Of a stretch of DNA of 64,000 nt, positions 26,124 to 40,729 are shown in pieces. The DNA comes from Lama guanicoe (Eukaryota): assembly GCA_013239625.1 (NCBI GenBank), contig MU054925.1, positions 22,191,496 through 22,255,495 of the forward strand. Reading direction: 5' to 3'. The position numbers and the translations under genes are program-made. The number at the start of each line of letters is the position of its first letter. Within the stretch, counting starts at the first letter, position 1. A model generated the notes under the pieces. The model ran no database searches and was not told where the DNA came from. It was given only the letters and a program-made list of their open reading frames with translations.

Positions 26124-28099
26124 CAATGTCCTAATTTCTCTGAGTTTAACAAATTCGGCTATTGCTAATCTTCTTTGTCTTCAATTTTTGTAATAAGCTA
26201 TGGTGAATTCTAAACAAAAAAAGAATCAGAGCCTCCCTCATTTTCTATGCACATGGGGACTACACATATAGATCTGTTTTCTATATGCAGGCAAATCAAA
26301 GATCAGATATAATTAGGTTAGTTGTAGTGATATATGAGATGTGAGTGCTAATCTCTATTATGTGTATAAAGGTTATAATGAACAGGTATCACATGCAACT
26401 TAGGAAAGAAAGGGTAAAAACATCTGACATGAGTCTTTAATTCCTTAGAATGACACAATAATTGACATACACGTTCCAGGTAAGACTCCTCTGAGTTCAT
26501 TTGATGTGATGTCTGTCTTCCTAGTATTTTATTCACAATAGCTCATCAAGTAGAAGGCAAAGGGTATGAAAGCAGAAGGCAAATAGGTAGGCCATCTATT
26601 ACTTTATTTTCCGTTTATGCTACTAACATTCCCTGACAGCGAGAAGATTGAAATGTTGGACATTCAATCACTTTACATAGTCTGCCTTCAACTTATCGGT
26701 TAACCTTGAAATGTTTACATGTGTTGGTGGCTCAGTTTTCTACATGTTCTACTTTTCTAATGCCACTATAAAATCTCCCAATGTCACCTGACTGTCAGAC
26801 ACAGCCCGTAGGTCTGAATTTCCACTTTTAATGCCCAGAATGCAATTAGAGGAATAGCATGATATATTACAAAAGCTAACTAGAAATTTTTCTATTGTTG
26901 AGTGGTCATAATATATCTATATATGTCAATGTCTTTAAATTCTAATTTTTACAGAACATTTTAAATGCAACTTCTTTAATTTGTGATTTAATCATATAAA
27001 TAGAATACTAAGCTTTGGTAATTTGGAGAAACATTTTCTATTTGATTGTATGAACAGGTGAAATATTCTAACTAAGCAGGTATTTGAGAGTAGATACTAG
27101 AGAGGAACAGTGTTATCACAGAACTGTGAAATGATTATAAAGGAAGAGTTAAGGAGGAAACCTACATGGACTGTAAGTGAAATATCAGAACTTGGTGACC
27201 CCAAAATCAAGACATTCCAGGGACTGATAACCATGTATTAGTTAAAGTTACAAAATGTATTGCTGAGTTCAGTAAGATGAAAGGGCTTTTTTTTTTTTTT
27301 TTTAAGACATCAGGTAGAAGAACCAAAGCAAGATTTAAAAATTCTTTTCTGACTCACGGAGGAGAGTAAAGGCCAAATACTAGTATCAGCAAAAAATAAA
27401 CATAAGATTAATAGCTAGCATTTAATTAATTCAATTCTTACAACAACCCTATTTCCATTCCCAAAATAACAATGAGAACAGTATGGCTTGGAAAGATTGA
27501 CTTCCCAAGTACACAGACAGGAAGTGGCATGAATTCAATTAAGGGTGTTAGGCCTTGAAACTTAATGCTGGGGACAGTCTTTCAGGCATTAGGCTCCTTT
27601 CAAAAAGCCTGGTATGTACCTCTCAGGTCCCTGTGCTCACACTGAACTGTGACAAAACACTTCCTTCTTTCTCTATTGTTAGAAGCATTTAACCCCAAAT
27701 TCCATGTTTGCTAAAAACTCACTACTAATAGGACAGTGTAAGAGGAGAAGAAAAATAATCCTTAGTATCACCATCATTATTACCTCATGCTTATGGTGAA
27801 AACTCTCCCACAGTAGAGGATATCAAACTTGTCTTAAAGATTTTATAAAAGCTTAGAACCCTGAGAAAGTGTGCATATATGCACACACACAAATATTCTA
27901 GCACATTTTGGGGAGTTATTGGACTCCCTGAAGGTCAGATTAAAAATCTCTAATTTTAAAGATCATTCTATGTAAACACAATTTATATATGTATATATAC
28001 ATACACTACGCCAAAGTTTATGCTCTAAGTGACTATACTATTATTAAACTATACTTTGTAAACTTGAAGTGAAAGATTACTTGCTAAAATAAGTGCTTC

Positions 28100-28310
28100 C
28101 TGGTCTAAAGAGAAAAACATGTTTGGAATCTTGCCCCTACATTACTCAGCAGGTACCTTGAGGTACCTACTTATTTCTTTGTCTCACTTTCCTGACTTGG
28201 AAAACGGGGATAACAATAGCGAGCCCAGAGGTTTACTTAAGGATTCAATTGACACTTACTATGCACTTCATAGAGGACTTGTGCAGAGTTAGCTTGCAAT
28301 AATAGTTCAC
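28100..28310 (+). mobile_element. MIR SINE
   Basis: tgtctcactttcctgacttggaaaacggggataacaatag...aaggattcaattga. Confidence 0.65.
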
Positions 28311-29527
28311 CATCTGACTGGATTTTGACCAATGAGTTTAATTGTGGAAAAGAATATCCTTGACATTAATGTTCTCTATTTCTCACATACCTATTGCCTT
28401 GAACACAACAGGTATTTAGTAAATATTTGCTGAATAAATTTAGAAGGAAAAAAAAAGTCTTAGCATTGCTTTATTTCCAATTAGGCATTAAAATTGCTAT
28501 TACATTTTTAGAAGTCTTACCATGTAACAAGGTGCTCAGACATTTTCATATACGCTTTTATGATCTATTTTCATTAGTAGTATAACCTCAGTATTAAGTC
28601 TTAATTTAAATACATAGTATGTAATCAATCACTTTCTTCTTTTGCTTTCTTCTCTGTAACTTATATTCTCTTTGCTAATTATTTATGAAAATCTCCATTT
28701 TTATCACCAGAATGTTTCCCTATTTTTTTTTCAGATAGCTGAGCTTATCTATACTTGTGGCTATGTTTTGTTTTTAAATACCAGAGAGGTCTCTATTTAA
28801 TAAAGATAGAATACATTAATATACTTTATTAATATGCCCTTTCCAACTCTCCTGGTACCATTTTAAAGTATCTTTTAGAATATTTCAAAAGAAGCATAGA
28901 AAAAAAAATCAGTCTTTATCTTTCTCTATGAATGTTACCATAACCATCAATTAAAATGTTACAGCTAATTTTTACATGTGCATACTTCCTTATCTGAAAA
29001 TGTCAATTGTTCAGTTTGTTTAATACGGTTTGATGTTAGTTGGGTGTTCTTTCCTTTTTTTAAACTGTTTCTGCTAAGTCATGTTTTTGTATGTGACAGA
29101 ACTGGAAATTCTTTTATTTAATAGTTCTTCTTTAATTATTCTTCATAAATTTAGAGCTATGATTAGGTAGTTTGAGTCTATCCACAGTGTTACAGATCAA
29201 GTTTCCTACTATATTTTAATATTTCTTATTAATAAAAAATGATAAATTGAAATATTCATATTATTTATCACATTATAAAATCTCTAATTATAGTTAAATC
29301 TAGGGCTTTCTATATCCTAGGTCACTGTGGAAAATTAATTTTTAATCATCTATTTTTAATAAATGATAAATCAGTTTGGTTACTAGTTTGGATATTTTTA
29401 TAAAATACTGAAATCTCATTTTTTATTATTTTACACATTTTTGCATATTGATCTTATGAAAAATGGATTCTTATTTAGATATGAAGATAATTTTTACAGG
29501 CTAAAATTTGATTTACAATGAATTGAA

Positions 29528-29632
29528 CAAAGTTCTCAAATGTTATTCTGCATGCCAATGACTGAAAATCACGTTAAAATGCAAAGTTTGATTCAGTAGG
29601 TCTGGAATGACAACATATTTTGAGAAGCAAAC
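29528..29632. mobile_element. MER5-like hAT-Charlie remnant (internally deleted)
   Basis: gttctcaaa...gttaaaatgcaaagtttgattcagtaggtctggaatga...tttgagaagca. Confidence 0.5.
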
Positions 29633-31636
29633 ACATAAGACTATCTTAAGGGCATCTAATGATGACTCAACAGGAGCTTCTTGATCATAGTCAATGTGCA
29701 GAATTATTTACTGCGAGTAAGGCAAAGTGACGGTTCTAAAACCTGCTAGTGATAATCAGTTTAACTTTCAATTCACTCTCTGTTTAATGCTTATTAGCTG
29801 TCAAGTCTTGGGGAGATTTTAATTTTTCCTAGTCTTAGTTTGCCTTCTGAGTATCTCAACCCTGACAAATGTCGAATGACTGATTAGGATTTGAAAAGAA
29901 ATAATCAGTTTCAGCAATGACAATTTCAATTAAGCTTAAGAAGCATTATTGAACATATACAATGAGACTGAAAAGGGTGGTGAACTCAGGGTAATATCAA
30001 ACCACTGTTTATATAAATTGTCCTTTTCTGAAAGTCAAGTGAAGAATTACATGACATATAAACACTGGCTTTACTAGTTGAGAAGTTTGTCTGATGGCCT
30101 TTAGCATATATTTTTAACATTTAAAAAAATGTTTTGGCAAAATTTAATGTTTCTGTACTGCTGAAAAATTCTTAGTTATTTGTAAATTCTAGAGGTAAAT
30201 AATGCACCCAAAAGATAGAGATTAAAAAAAAAAAAACTCAATTGGATAAAGAACTGGTTTTGGCCAGAAGTTTGCTGCATACTGGAACAGCTTTTTCACT
30301 GTGTCACTAACAGTATGATTCAATTCTTGATGTAAATTGGGATCAAGAAATCTAGACATTTCAGAAATTAAATAAGATATCAAACATCTACTGTTGGGGA
30401 CTATGCCAAGATAATGAGCTAAAAAAATCTGGTATGTGCCATGGAACATTCTAAACCCACATTGTGACCCCCTCTACTCACTTCATGACAAATATGGAAA
30501 TGGTCCCTAATAATAAACACAACTTCAGAAGCTGGTTTCATAAAATTCAGCCAATTTCATAAAATTGGCTGATAGATACATGCAAGAGAAATAAGGATAT
30601 GTTTGTAATGACACAAATACTGTCTTGTTATTGTTAACGAATGTGTTATGCATGCCAATTGTCTTCCTTTTCTTTCCTTAAAAACTATTGTTGCTACAAA
30701 TGAGTTTTCATCACTTATATTTGTAGAATCCTGAATACCCACTCACTAGTGATTTTAGAAGGTTGTTAATTAAATTTATAAGACATCAACTTGGGCATTT
30801 TTTTTTCTCTCCTGATTAAAACATTTTATGGTGATTTTCTCAAGAAACCAATCTTAGGGTTTTTGCTGACTGCAATGGTGTCCTGATGTTTGCTTTTAAC
30901 TATTTCTGAGCTTCAGGAAAAAAATTAGTAAGAATAATTTCACGAAAGACTGGAACTTCTTAAACAGCTATCCCTCCATTGTGTACCATATGACTTCAGG
31001 TATTTTAGAAATATTTAAATCACTCTGATTCTTGAGGCCTTCATCCTTGTTATTCCTCCTCTTACTCTTTTCGATGAGACAGACCGTGTGACAATACTGG
31101 TCTCAGCCCTATGGCTATGGAACCATATGGATGGTTCCTTCAGTTCACTAGCACAGACAAATACTGTCATGGTTGAGAATCCTGTTGTTTGGTGGCTGAG
31201 AGTCCTAAGTAAGATCAGGTTTATAAATCCACAAATAAACAATGTGAAAATTGGCATTTCTCTAATGTTAAGTTCAGTTTTCACCAGAGAGTTGACTTTT
31301 CAAAATGCATAGTAAATAGTCGCATTTGTTATTAATCAAGCAAATGGGCATTGTAACATCAAGCACTCATTTCATTTTTAACGTGCATTGAAATCTGCAA
31401 TGATAATTCGAGTTATAGCATTATAATTATCAATACTGTGTCAGGATAAAAGCAAATGTCATCTATTCTAATATGTAAATTCAGAGAATTCTCAAATTAA
31501 GAGCAGAATTAGGCAAGGAATATTCATATTAATAAATACACCCATGATTTAGTAATGCTTTAAAATGAAAATAAGTAGTTAAGACTTACCAAATTTAAAG
31601 AGCCTTACTTCCATTAATTATAAATTTTGTTTTTAG

Positions 31637-31764
31637 AGTGTTTCTCTTAGAGGATGGCAGCCTCAAGATATATAACGTTACCAGGTCGGATGCTGGATCA
31701 TATACTTGCATAGCTACAAATCAGTTTGGTGTTGCAAAGAACACGGGCAGCCTAGTCGTAAAAG
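31637..31764 (+). CDS. CNTN6: CNTN6 exon (~exon 12), second half of Ig5
   Basis: ttttag|A GTG TTT ([43 protein letters not shown]) G|gtattt. Confidence 0.95.
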
Positions 31765-33659
31765 GTATTTTATTATCCTCATTTGTACTTGATGAATGTT
31801 GGAGATATGTATGCATATCATGACCTCTAACAGTGTCAATCCTGTATCATACAGTATATGTGAAATATTTGATTTCACAATTTAAGAGTTATGTTACCAT
31901 ATTCATTAATAGCATGCTTCACTTTGGCAGTGGGATAGCATGGTAGATGTGAATACCTTGCCAGTTGAAATTCTGTCCAGTGGGTAATTAGTCAGAATTA
32001 AAATCTGCACCTAAAATCTTTGGATTTTCACAAATGCCTTAGTGTGGGGAGACCATGGTTTTGAAGACATCAGTGGGTATTGTTCTTGGTTAAATTTCCT
32101 TCAGAAACTCTTGTTTTGTATGGAAATTTTACCTGGATATAAGGCTGCCAAGTACATAATCAGTTTATATATAAAACTCCGCGTGCATGACTACTAAAAT
32201 GCAGACTCTCTTGCATCCACCTTAATAAGCAGATCTTTCCAAAGAGAAAAAATTAAAATATTAGTGTCCATATAAGTCATTATATTCCCTCACAGAACAT
32301 AGATGAGCTCACACAGTTTGGGATGATAAACTTGAATATCCTCTTCTTCAAACTTTTAAACTAGTATCAATCCAAATGTACCTACTTATATCACCAAGGG
32401 ACATAATTAGTATTAGACGTATCTGTTCCTCATCTTTGCTATTTCTCTTTATTAAATTTCAGCTCATAAAATTGGTATGTTTAGGGGAAGCCATGTCACT
32501 TTTATCATTTCATTGCCTCCTGGATGATAAAAATGATTGCCTTGATAGAGGAATTGGAGCAGCTAATTAAACCCAAATGATTAAATTCAGCAATTGGTGC
32601 TTTATCATCATTTCTATTAGAAATAAATATATTCAATAAAAAGCGGTTAGCTACTACACTTCAACTATCGTTTAGAATGTCTCAAAGAAAATAAATACCT
32701 CCTTTTATCCCTGGAAGATATTTCTGCCAACTTTCTCTCAAGTCTATTACATTATGTCAACAACTGTCTGAAACACCCAGGGGAAATATAACTGATAGAA
32801 CTTGTGTCAAAATCCAACTATTGTGGCATATTTTGAAAAACTCACTTTCTTAAAATTGTATTATCATCAGGTTTTTAAGACAGAGATGGTCTTAATCTTT
32901 CAGAAAATGCATTATATTTAATGATAGGGAATTTCTCCAGCAAATTTTTGGTAATATCCAGGTGCTGAAATGTGTGAATGTTTTATGTTTAAAGAAATAA
33001 TATGTCCATTAAGGAAAACAAAGCAACAAAAAAAGAGATTCATTATCTCATTTCAAATTAAGAAGGTGCAGGTGGCATGCATTCATTGTATTACAGGAGA
33101 AGATTAAAATATAGTAAAGGATAAAAAGACATTGCAGTTAATTTTTCCAGGTATGGAGAAATCCAAGAATGAAAATATGAGATACTAAGGATAGAAGACA
33201 TCAACAGTAGAAGTGAAGTTTCTCAAAGACAGTTTACATAGAAACTGGTGATGGGAGAGCAGGGACAAATTATTTTGCTGCTAAAATACAATAATGTATT
33301 CCCAGAGATTAAGGGAAAAAAATGTAGATTGAGCTATATGGATAGTTTTTCTTCCTCTAATGTTTCTTTAGCCTCTGGCACCATCATGCTGTCTGTCCAT
33401 TAGTAATTAATGGAAGAAACATAAAAGGAGAAGACTCACATAAATATGAAAAACTCAGGAGTAGCTGCTAACTTAGTTCTAAAGATAGCAGTTGGATATT
33501 TAAGAAGTGAAACTTAGCTGTGTTTTTCACTAGATAGGTTGCTAATTCTTAGGACAGAAACAAGCTGAGATACATTTTGGGATAGTCCATATAAGAATCC
33601 ATCATCTTCAGGTACTCTACTCTCTCTCTGAGTAAGAAAATAACTAAATAAGGTTACTC

Positions 33660-33955
33660 AAATTTTAAAACATGGTGCGTTTTTGTTTATTTACAGTGTT
33701 CTTTGCTGGAGCTACTGAAACAAAATTATCTCAATCTGCATTCCTGGTCGCCTTCATGTTTTCTACTCTTTCCTTATTCTGTAGCACATTTCATCTTTTA
33801 TAAATGATATAATTCACTTATTACGTGTATTTTCTTTCTATCTTTCCCTTTTTCTATAAAAGAAACATAAAGAAGGCAGGGAACTCACAAGTCCTAATAC
33901 AGTCCTGGGAATTCTGTGTGTTCAGTACGTATTTATTGATTCAGTGAATGAGTCT
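33660..33955 (+). mobile_element. LINE-2 3' end remnant
   Basis: gaaggcaggga...cctaatacagtcctggg...tatttattgattcagtgaatgag. Confidence 0.6.
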
Positions 33956-35375
33956 TTTCTTATTCCCCTTAGTTCTCACAGATAATTTCTATCCTGACTT
34001 CTTTGTTCTAAAATCTGAAAGTTTTCAATTTTTTCAGTATTTCCACTTAGAATACTTTGCAACAAAGAGCATCTAAGGAAAGTAACAAACTTCTAAATGC
34101 TCTCACTTTCCCAATTTCAGGATTTTTAGTTATTTAATTTTAATAAACATAGAGAACTCCATTCTCTACAACGTGGGACAAATATGAAGATACATGAAAA
34201 TCCTAAAGACTTCATGGAGAGAGCTCACTGTTCTGTTATTTTCAGCACAATACCTGAGGATGATTTGCATACACAAAAATGCTATATGTCAGCGTGCATG
34301 AATATCAAGTTATTTTTTCCATCATTTATATTTAATAGTGGGAAGGAAATCGTGTTTGTTATGCTTAACCTTCATGAAATAGCCACATCCCATTTTAAGG
34401 AGATTTGGGGATTTTTTGCTTCTTTGCCACTGACAATTAACATTACATGTGATATAAACACATACATACATAGTAACACACACGTGTAAAAACTACATAA
34501 ACACAAAATATGTACAGTGTGGATAAGAACATCTTCAGAAAGTTAGCTTTATTATTGGTCTAAAGTGTATAATCTTTATTAAACTGGGGATTTCCATACA
34601 AGTATAGTTCTAAGATAAGCCTACCATTAGCATATCCTCTTAACTAGACTGTTATATCTAACTCCCTCTCATGTGGGAATGTTGAATGTATCATTGCCAA
34701 AATATTATTATTTTATTACCTAAACATTTGAAGCTTTAGTCTAAGAAGAAATTGTAATACAATGCATTGATTCAACCATTTTCTTGACTATTAAGACTGC
34801 AACCATATGGTTAAAATGACTTAATACTTCTGTGTATATGTATGTGTGTGTGTGTGACGGGTACCTGTGTGTGTGTGCTGTATTTTCTTGTCTACAATAA
34901 TCATCTGATTGTCATTAGAGAGTCAAATGTAATTTTGTCTCTCAAACTAAAATCAGCTTATAGTGACCTCATTGGTAATAGGGTGGTAAGGAGCAAATGA
35001 GAAATTTCAGTAAAGCTGATAAAACAATCATCTTTCCTTGAATTCACTTATCAGCCCCAGTTATGCAAGAAGTGTTGTTGTTAGATAACATGTAAAAAGA
35101 GAATAGTTACAAGAGTAAGATATTTTCTAGCTTAGTTTTTAGCTGATATGGTTTATCTGTGTTAAGAGGATTCTGAGGTTATCTGCACTGTATGTCAGAA
35201 ATTTCTCTTTCACTAATGCAGCAGGATAAAGCAATTTGCCATTCAAACATTGGGAGTGCAATTAGCACTAGCCTTGCTAGAGCCTCAGAAGATGCCCAGT
35301 GCAATTTCAGGACATGTTCCATAAGCGCATACACAGAATCAGAAGAAAAGAGAGTTTAAATGTTTTCATTTTGGA

Positions 35376-35683
35376 NNNNNNNNNNNNNNNNNNNNNNNNN
35401 NNNNNNNNNNNNNNNNNNNNNNNNNNNNNNNNNNNNNNNNNNNNNNNNNNNNNNNNNNNNNNNNNNNNNNNNNNNNNNNNNNNNNNNNNNNNNNNNNNNN
35501 NNNNNNNNNNNNNNNNNNNNNNNNNNNNNNNNNNNNNNNNNNNNNNNNNNNNNNNNNNNNNNNNNNNNNNNNNNNNNNNNNNNNNNNNNNNNNNNNNNNN
35601 NNNNNNNNNNNNNNNNNNNNNNNNNNNNNNNNNNNNNNNNNNNNNNNNNNNNNNNNNNNNNNNNNNNNNNNNNNNNNNNNNNN
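35376..35683. other. Assembly gap (308 N)
   Basis: Run of N. Confidence 1.
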
Positions 35684-36699
35684 TTATTATAGTAGCATAG
35701 AGAGTGGCCTATCCATTTTCTCCAGCAGAATGACGGTGTTCACTAACATGGTTCTACATTCACTAAGAGTCATACCAAGATAGGTAGATAATTGGAAACT
35801 CTGTGGCTTTACACAGCAGTTTAAAGGATCTGAGGTGTTGAGGACAGGTGTATTGAGAAGCCTAGCTTTACTGAGTAAACCAAAAATTCAGTTTCACAGA
35901 AATGACAAGACGCGATGGAATATAACTGTCATATTGCAGTGGTGGCAAATACCGCTACAGAGAAGTCTCCCAATACTGCTAATATCTTTCTCCAAATATT
36001 TAATTCTACACCCTACTTTCTGCAAAGAATGATTTAAAGCATTTTAATAGAAAGGAGACTTTATAAATGATTAATGGAAGTATTTTTAAGGTGAAAAATA
36101 CATATAGTAAATTTTTATACTGGCTTGAAATGAAATTTTCTTTCCCCTTCCAATATTTAACATAATGCTGAGTGAGTTCTTGAGATATGAATTTCATAAT
36201 CTTTTCAAGTATAAAGGAGAAAACAAACAAAAAGCATTCAGGTAAGCTAGCAGAATAATGCCAATATTATCTTGGTCTTCATAACAATTTAGTTCATAGT
36301 CTTTTAAAAATGTAGCACATTTATCACTCATGATATTTAAAGGTATGTTAAGCAGTTTTTTAAAACTGTACATTGTACAATATATAATGTAAAGGACAGG
36401 TATTAATTAATTATAGGTTTGCACCTTTTTTTTTTCGATTGTTCAAGAAATTGTTCACTGAAGAGATTAAACCTGTAACTGGTTAATGTTTTGCTTTATT
36501 TATCCTCAATAAAAACAGGGGGTGTACAGCTCATGGTTTATGACAACTAGAGAGGCCAGACAGATGCGTGCAAACCACTTCTCAAAGCAGTAGGATGCAC
36601 AGAGTTTGGAATTTGATTAACTAGTACTCTTACTAACAAGCATGAGATCTTACTGTGTTTTTGCTGTGATTGATGTTGTATTGTTTATTATCATTACTA

Positions 36700-36890
36700 A
36701 GTATCCTTTATTAAATACATACTTTGTTCCAGCACTGTGATAGATAACTTTATGTATATCATGTCATTGAAACCTCAGAACAACACTTTGAAGCAGATGA
36801 TCAAAATCTTCATTTTACACAAGGAGAGATTGAGGCATAGGTTGCTAAAAGTACTTGTCAAGGTCCTTGTGTTATTAAGTTGCAGATGTC
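36700..36890 (-). mobile_element. MIR SINE
   Basis: ccagcactgtgatag...cctcagaacaac...cattttacacaaggagagattgaggcatag...acttgtcaaggtc. Confidence 0.75.
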
Positions 36891-37064
36891 TTTTTTCCTT
36901 CTATTTTATCTTCCAGTAATTTTATGTAATAATAACTACATAAGACATATTTATGTGACATTGTTTAAAGTTCAGAGAAAATAAAAATAATTTACAGATA
37001 TTAGTATTTTCCCATTAAAACATTAGTTTTCATTTATTAAACAGAGTTCAGTATTCATTTATAC

Positions 37065-37340
37065 TCTTTTTCATTTGAGGTAAATGTTACACATATAATG
37101 AAATATATAAATTTAAAGCAGACTTCTGCTGAATTCCAGCAAATACATAAACCTGTGTAACCCCAAACTCCAAGATACAGAACATTACCATCATCCTATA
37201 GAACTTTGCCTCATGCTCCTTCTTAACCCACCCCTCCCCCAGAAGCAACTACTGCTATGATTGTTTTCCTGCCACAGATTTCATACAAATGCAATTATAC
37301 AGTATATACTCTTTGGTATCTGGTTTCCATCATTCAGCTT
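37065..37340 (-). mobile_element. Old L1M (L1MB/ME-like) 3' end
   Basis: cctgtgtaacc...caagatacagaacattaccatcatcc...tcatacaaatgcaattatacagtatatactctttgg. Confidence 0.75.
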
Positions 37341-38879
37341 AAACTGCTAGCTATCAACCTTGTTTTTATTAAAAATGAACAAAGGTAAACAAAACTTTAG
37401 CCAACAGTAGCTTTAGTCTGTGTAGTAAAAATATCTTGAACTATAAATACCTTTGTCTCCTGTTTCCTTCTCAAATTTGTACACACTTCTGCCCTGAGTA
37501 TTTGGTTAGAAACTAGAAGTTTGGTAATTTTTTCTTGATTCTATTCTGAGGCTAAAGAAAATCAGACACCTCTGTTGCCTGGGCATTCTATTTCTGAACT
37601 AACACAGAGATCACTCAAGATCTAGTGCCATTTTTTTAAGAATAATATATGTTATTACAACATAAAAGACCTTCAGATGCAAGCTCTGTTTTTTCAGTCT
37701 ATGGATCCTGAATATTCAAGGAAGCAGTTAGCAAATTCTTTCAAGTCAAAAAAAGGAACGGGGTAGGAATAAGGACAAGGGAGTACAGACGGGAGAAAAT
37801 AATCAGATGAATTGACAGATTCTCCTCTTCAGGCTTCCCCCCCTCTTGCATTTCATCTCTCCTTATCCCAATGTAAATGTTCAGAAGAAAACATTTTCTT
37901 TCCATTAGGTCCTGGAGCCAAGCAAAATAATATTTCCTATTTTCATCTCTTACAAAACTACAGACTGCTTCAACCTGATGTTTTACTACAACCCAGCATA
38001 AAGTTATAGTTGGAGGACTGAGTGAACATTATCTATTTATAGGAAATATTAATATGATGCCATAAATAGTCATTACCTAAAATATATTAACCACCTTGAA
38101 ACTGAGTAGTTGGGATATTTAATTCATTAAGCAGAATCTACAGTGCATGCTCTTTTTAAATAGATGTCAGTGTCTGTTTTGATTACTCGCTAATATAGAA
38201 GATCGGTGTTAACATTTTACATTATTACTTGCTAGGGAATTTTTCAGTGTTACCTTGCATGATATTTAGACTTGTTTTCTTACTTAGACAACTCAAACTG
38301 TAGACAATTACTTTCTCCAAATGTTTCTTCATTTGTTTCTTTTATTCTGGGATTCATGGTAACCTTTGAATATTTGTTCTAAATCATTTAAACATTGAAG
38401 TGGAAGATAAATGGGTAATGGTAACTGCAGGGAAACTGTAATATATTGAACATGGTTACTTTGTGCACTGGAATTAAATTATATTCTGTCTGTGGTGGAA
38501 TATAATACAAATACCAAGTGCTGCATATAGATTTTAATCTGTAAAATACATGTCTGAGCAGATTATCTTGTTCTGGCTAAGAGAATATAAAACAGCCCAG
38601 CCTAATGCAAGTATATGCATAAAGAGGAAAAGTATCGTAAATAAACATTAAAAACTCCTCCATCTCTGGCTTGCTGGAGATGGGGAATTAAAGATGTCAC
38701 CACACTGATTTTCTTCTTGGTTTGTTTTATCTGTGCAGGGTTTATTTCGGAGTATTAGCTCTGAGTTTCCTGTGCTTGCTTTCTCTAGAGTTAGTAATTT
38801 TCTTGTTTGTCTGTCTGCTTAGTTTTCAATGCATTTGACAACAATTCATTTCTCAATTCTATCTCAACTGTCTCCCTTC

Positions 38880-40540
38880 AATATCTATCTGTGGTTGTGC
38901 GGGAAGCCTAATTGCCTAAGTACCATGACTTTCTCTTGACATATTCCTTCATTTGGGTAGAACGCATCTTCCAATGGATTTTTAAGAAAACAATGAAGAG
39001 TTATGCAATTTTTCTGAGATCTTTCGTGTTTGAAAATGTCTATTCTATGTTTACATTTGATTGTTTAGTTGGAAATAGAATTCCGCATTGCAAATCATGC
39101 CTTCAGAAACCTGGGCATGTTACTCTGTTCTGAAAGCTGAAACCATTTTGATTTCTGACCTGTTGTTTGTGACATCTTTCCTTCCTCTCTCTAGAAGTCT
39201 GTTTTCCCCAGAGACCACAATTGCATGATGATGTGCAATGGTGTAAATCCACTTACCTTTATATCAGGCATTTGGTGTACTTTGTCACTCTGGAAACTCA
39301 TATTGCTTGGTTCGGGAATACCTTCCTGAATAATAATTTATTCCATTCCTTTTTCTGAAATTCCTATTATTTAATACTTACATTTCTTAAACTGATAACT
39401 TTGAGTTTATGTGTATATGTATGTACCTATCTATAATTTATTATGTTTTATTTAATTATATATAGCTAGGTAGTAGATACAATTCATTTACATGTATTAT
39501 ATATATTTTTGTTTGCTTGTTTTTCTCTCCTTATATCCGTTTTATGGCTCTTTTATTTACCTTCTAGGAGGTTTTCCCAAATTTATATTCCAGATCTTTT
39601 ATGGTATTTTTGTTTTTGATATTTTAAAAAAATTCCTAAGTGTCCTTTAATTTTTTGGCTGTTCTTTCATGTATCATCTTGCTTTTTTTCCTCTTCTTCT
39701 GAAAATATTGCTATAGTTTTCCTCTTTTCTAGTTTATTTTTTGTGCATAGTCTTTGTTGTTTCATACTGCTTTCTTCTCCTTTGTTTTAACTCCTATCCT
39801 TTATTAAGAAGTGTCTAAAAATACTTTGTCAATCTTAGTTGTCTGCTCATATTTAACAGTGGGGCACTAAAAGTCTTATAAAAAGCTCTGATCAAGTATG
39901 GGGCTTTTTGAACTACTGGTCTTCACATTTAGGTCATCTGGCCAGGATATTTCCTTGGTAGACTCTTAAGGTCACCATATTTAGATCTTTTCTCTTAGAT
40001 TCATCAGATCCCCAGGACAACTGTCCCTTACCTCCTACCCCTGGTTTCCTCCCTAGGGAGCAAAGACCTGGCAGACAGCACCCTCAGAGCTGAATAAGGT
40101 TACAATATATGACTCTCAACATTCACTGTGTACCTGTTTCTTAAGTACCCTGTTCTCAGTAGAATTCTCTTACCCTCAGCTCTGCGTGGTGACCAACAGT
40201 TCAGAGACACTCTGCTTCATATCCTCTCAGGAGAATAATTCATTTTCTTCTGAGATGGGAAAACACTCTAGAGACCAACTAGAATCCTATTCATAAAGTA
40301 TAAAAGGGGGACATGCTAAATGAGTTTCTCCTCAGCCTTCCCACTGCCAGCCTAGGACTGTGCTTTATGGTAGGTCAGTTAGAAATCTTTCAACTTCATT
40401 CCAGTTTCTCAAATATTTTCTACGTTTTTGATCTCTGTTTTGGTAGATTTAACTCCTAGAAACAAACTCTTCTTGGCATCATTTATTAGATATTTATAAA
40501 GAACTGAAAATATATACTGTGTTTAATCAAGCATCTTCAC
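38880..40540 (-). mobile_element. Ancient L1/HAL1-like ORF1 and 5' region, antisense
   Basis: T-rich tract with tttctgagatctttcgtgtttgaaaatgtc...gttggaaatagaattc, typical of reverse L1 ORF1. Confidence 0.6.
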
Positions 40541-40729
40541 CCGGATACTGTATATCCTATTCTTATTGTGACGTTATTTTTCTCCACTAATACTCAGAAA
40601 AAGTCAAGCTTCAGTTATTTTTAGCTTGAAGAAAATTTATCATGTAATCAAGAAAGCACAATTTGGGAAATAGCAGGTCATGAACTCAAATCTGCTTGTA
40701 TACTAGATATGATTCTTTCCCACATTCAA

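Noticed and set aside
31119-31138. Hairpin ggaaccat-atgg-atggttcc as a structured RNA
   Set aside because: 8-bp stem only; too short for a pre-miRNA, and no snoRNA box arrangement was recognised.
35299-35700. Long ORFs spanning N runs (also near 25.9 kb and 62.8 kb)
   Set aside because: Length comes from unresolved bases. No CNTN6 exon is missing, so the gaps need not hide coding sequence.
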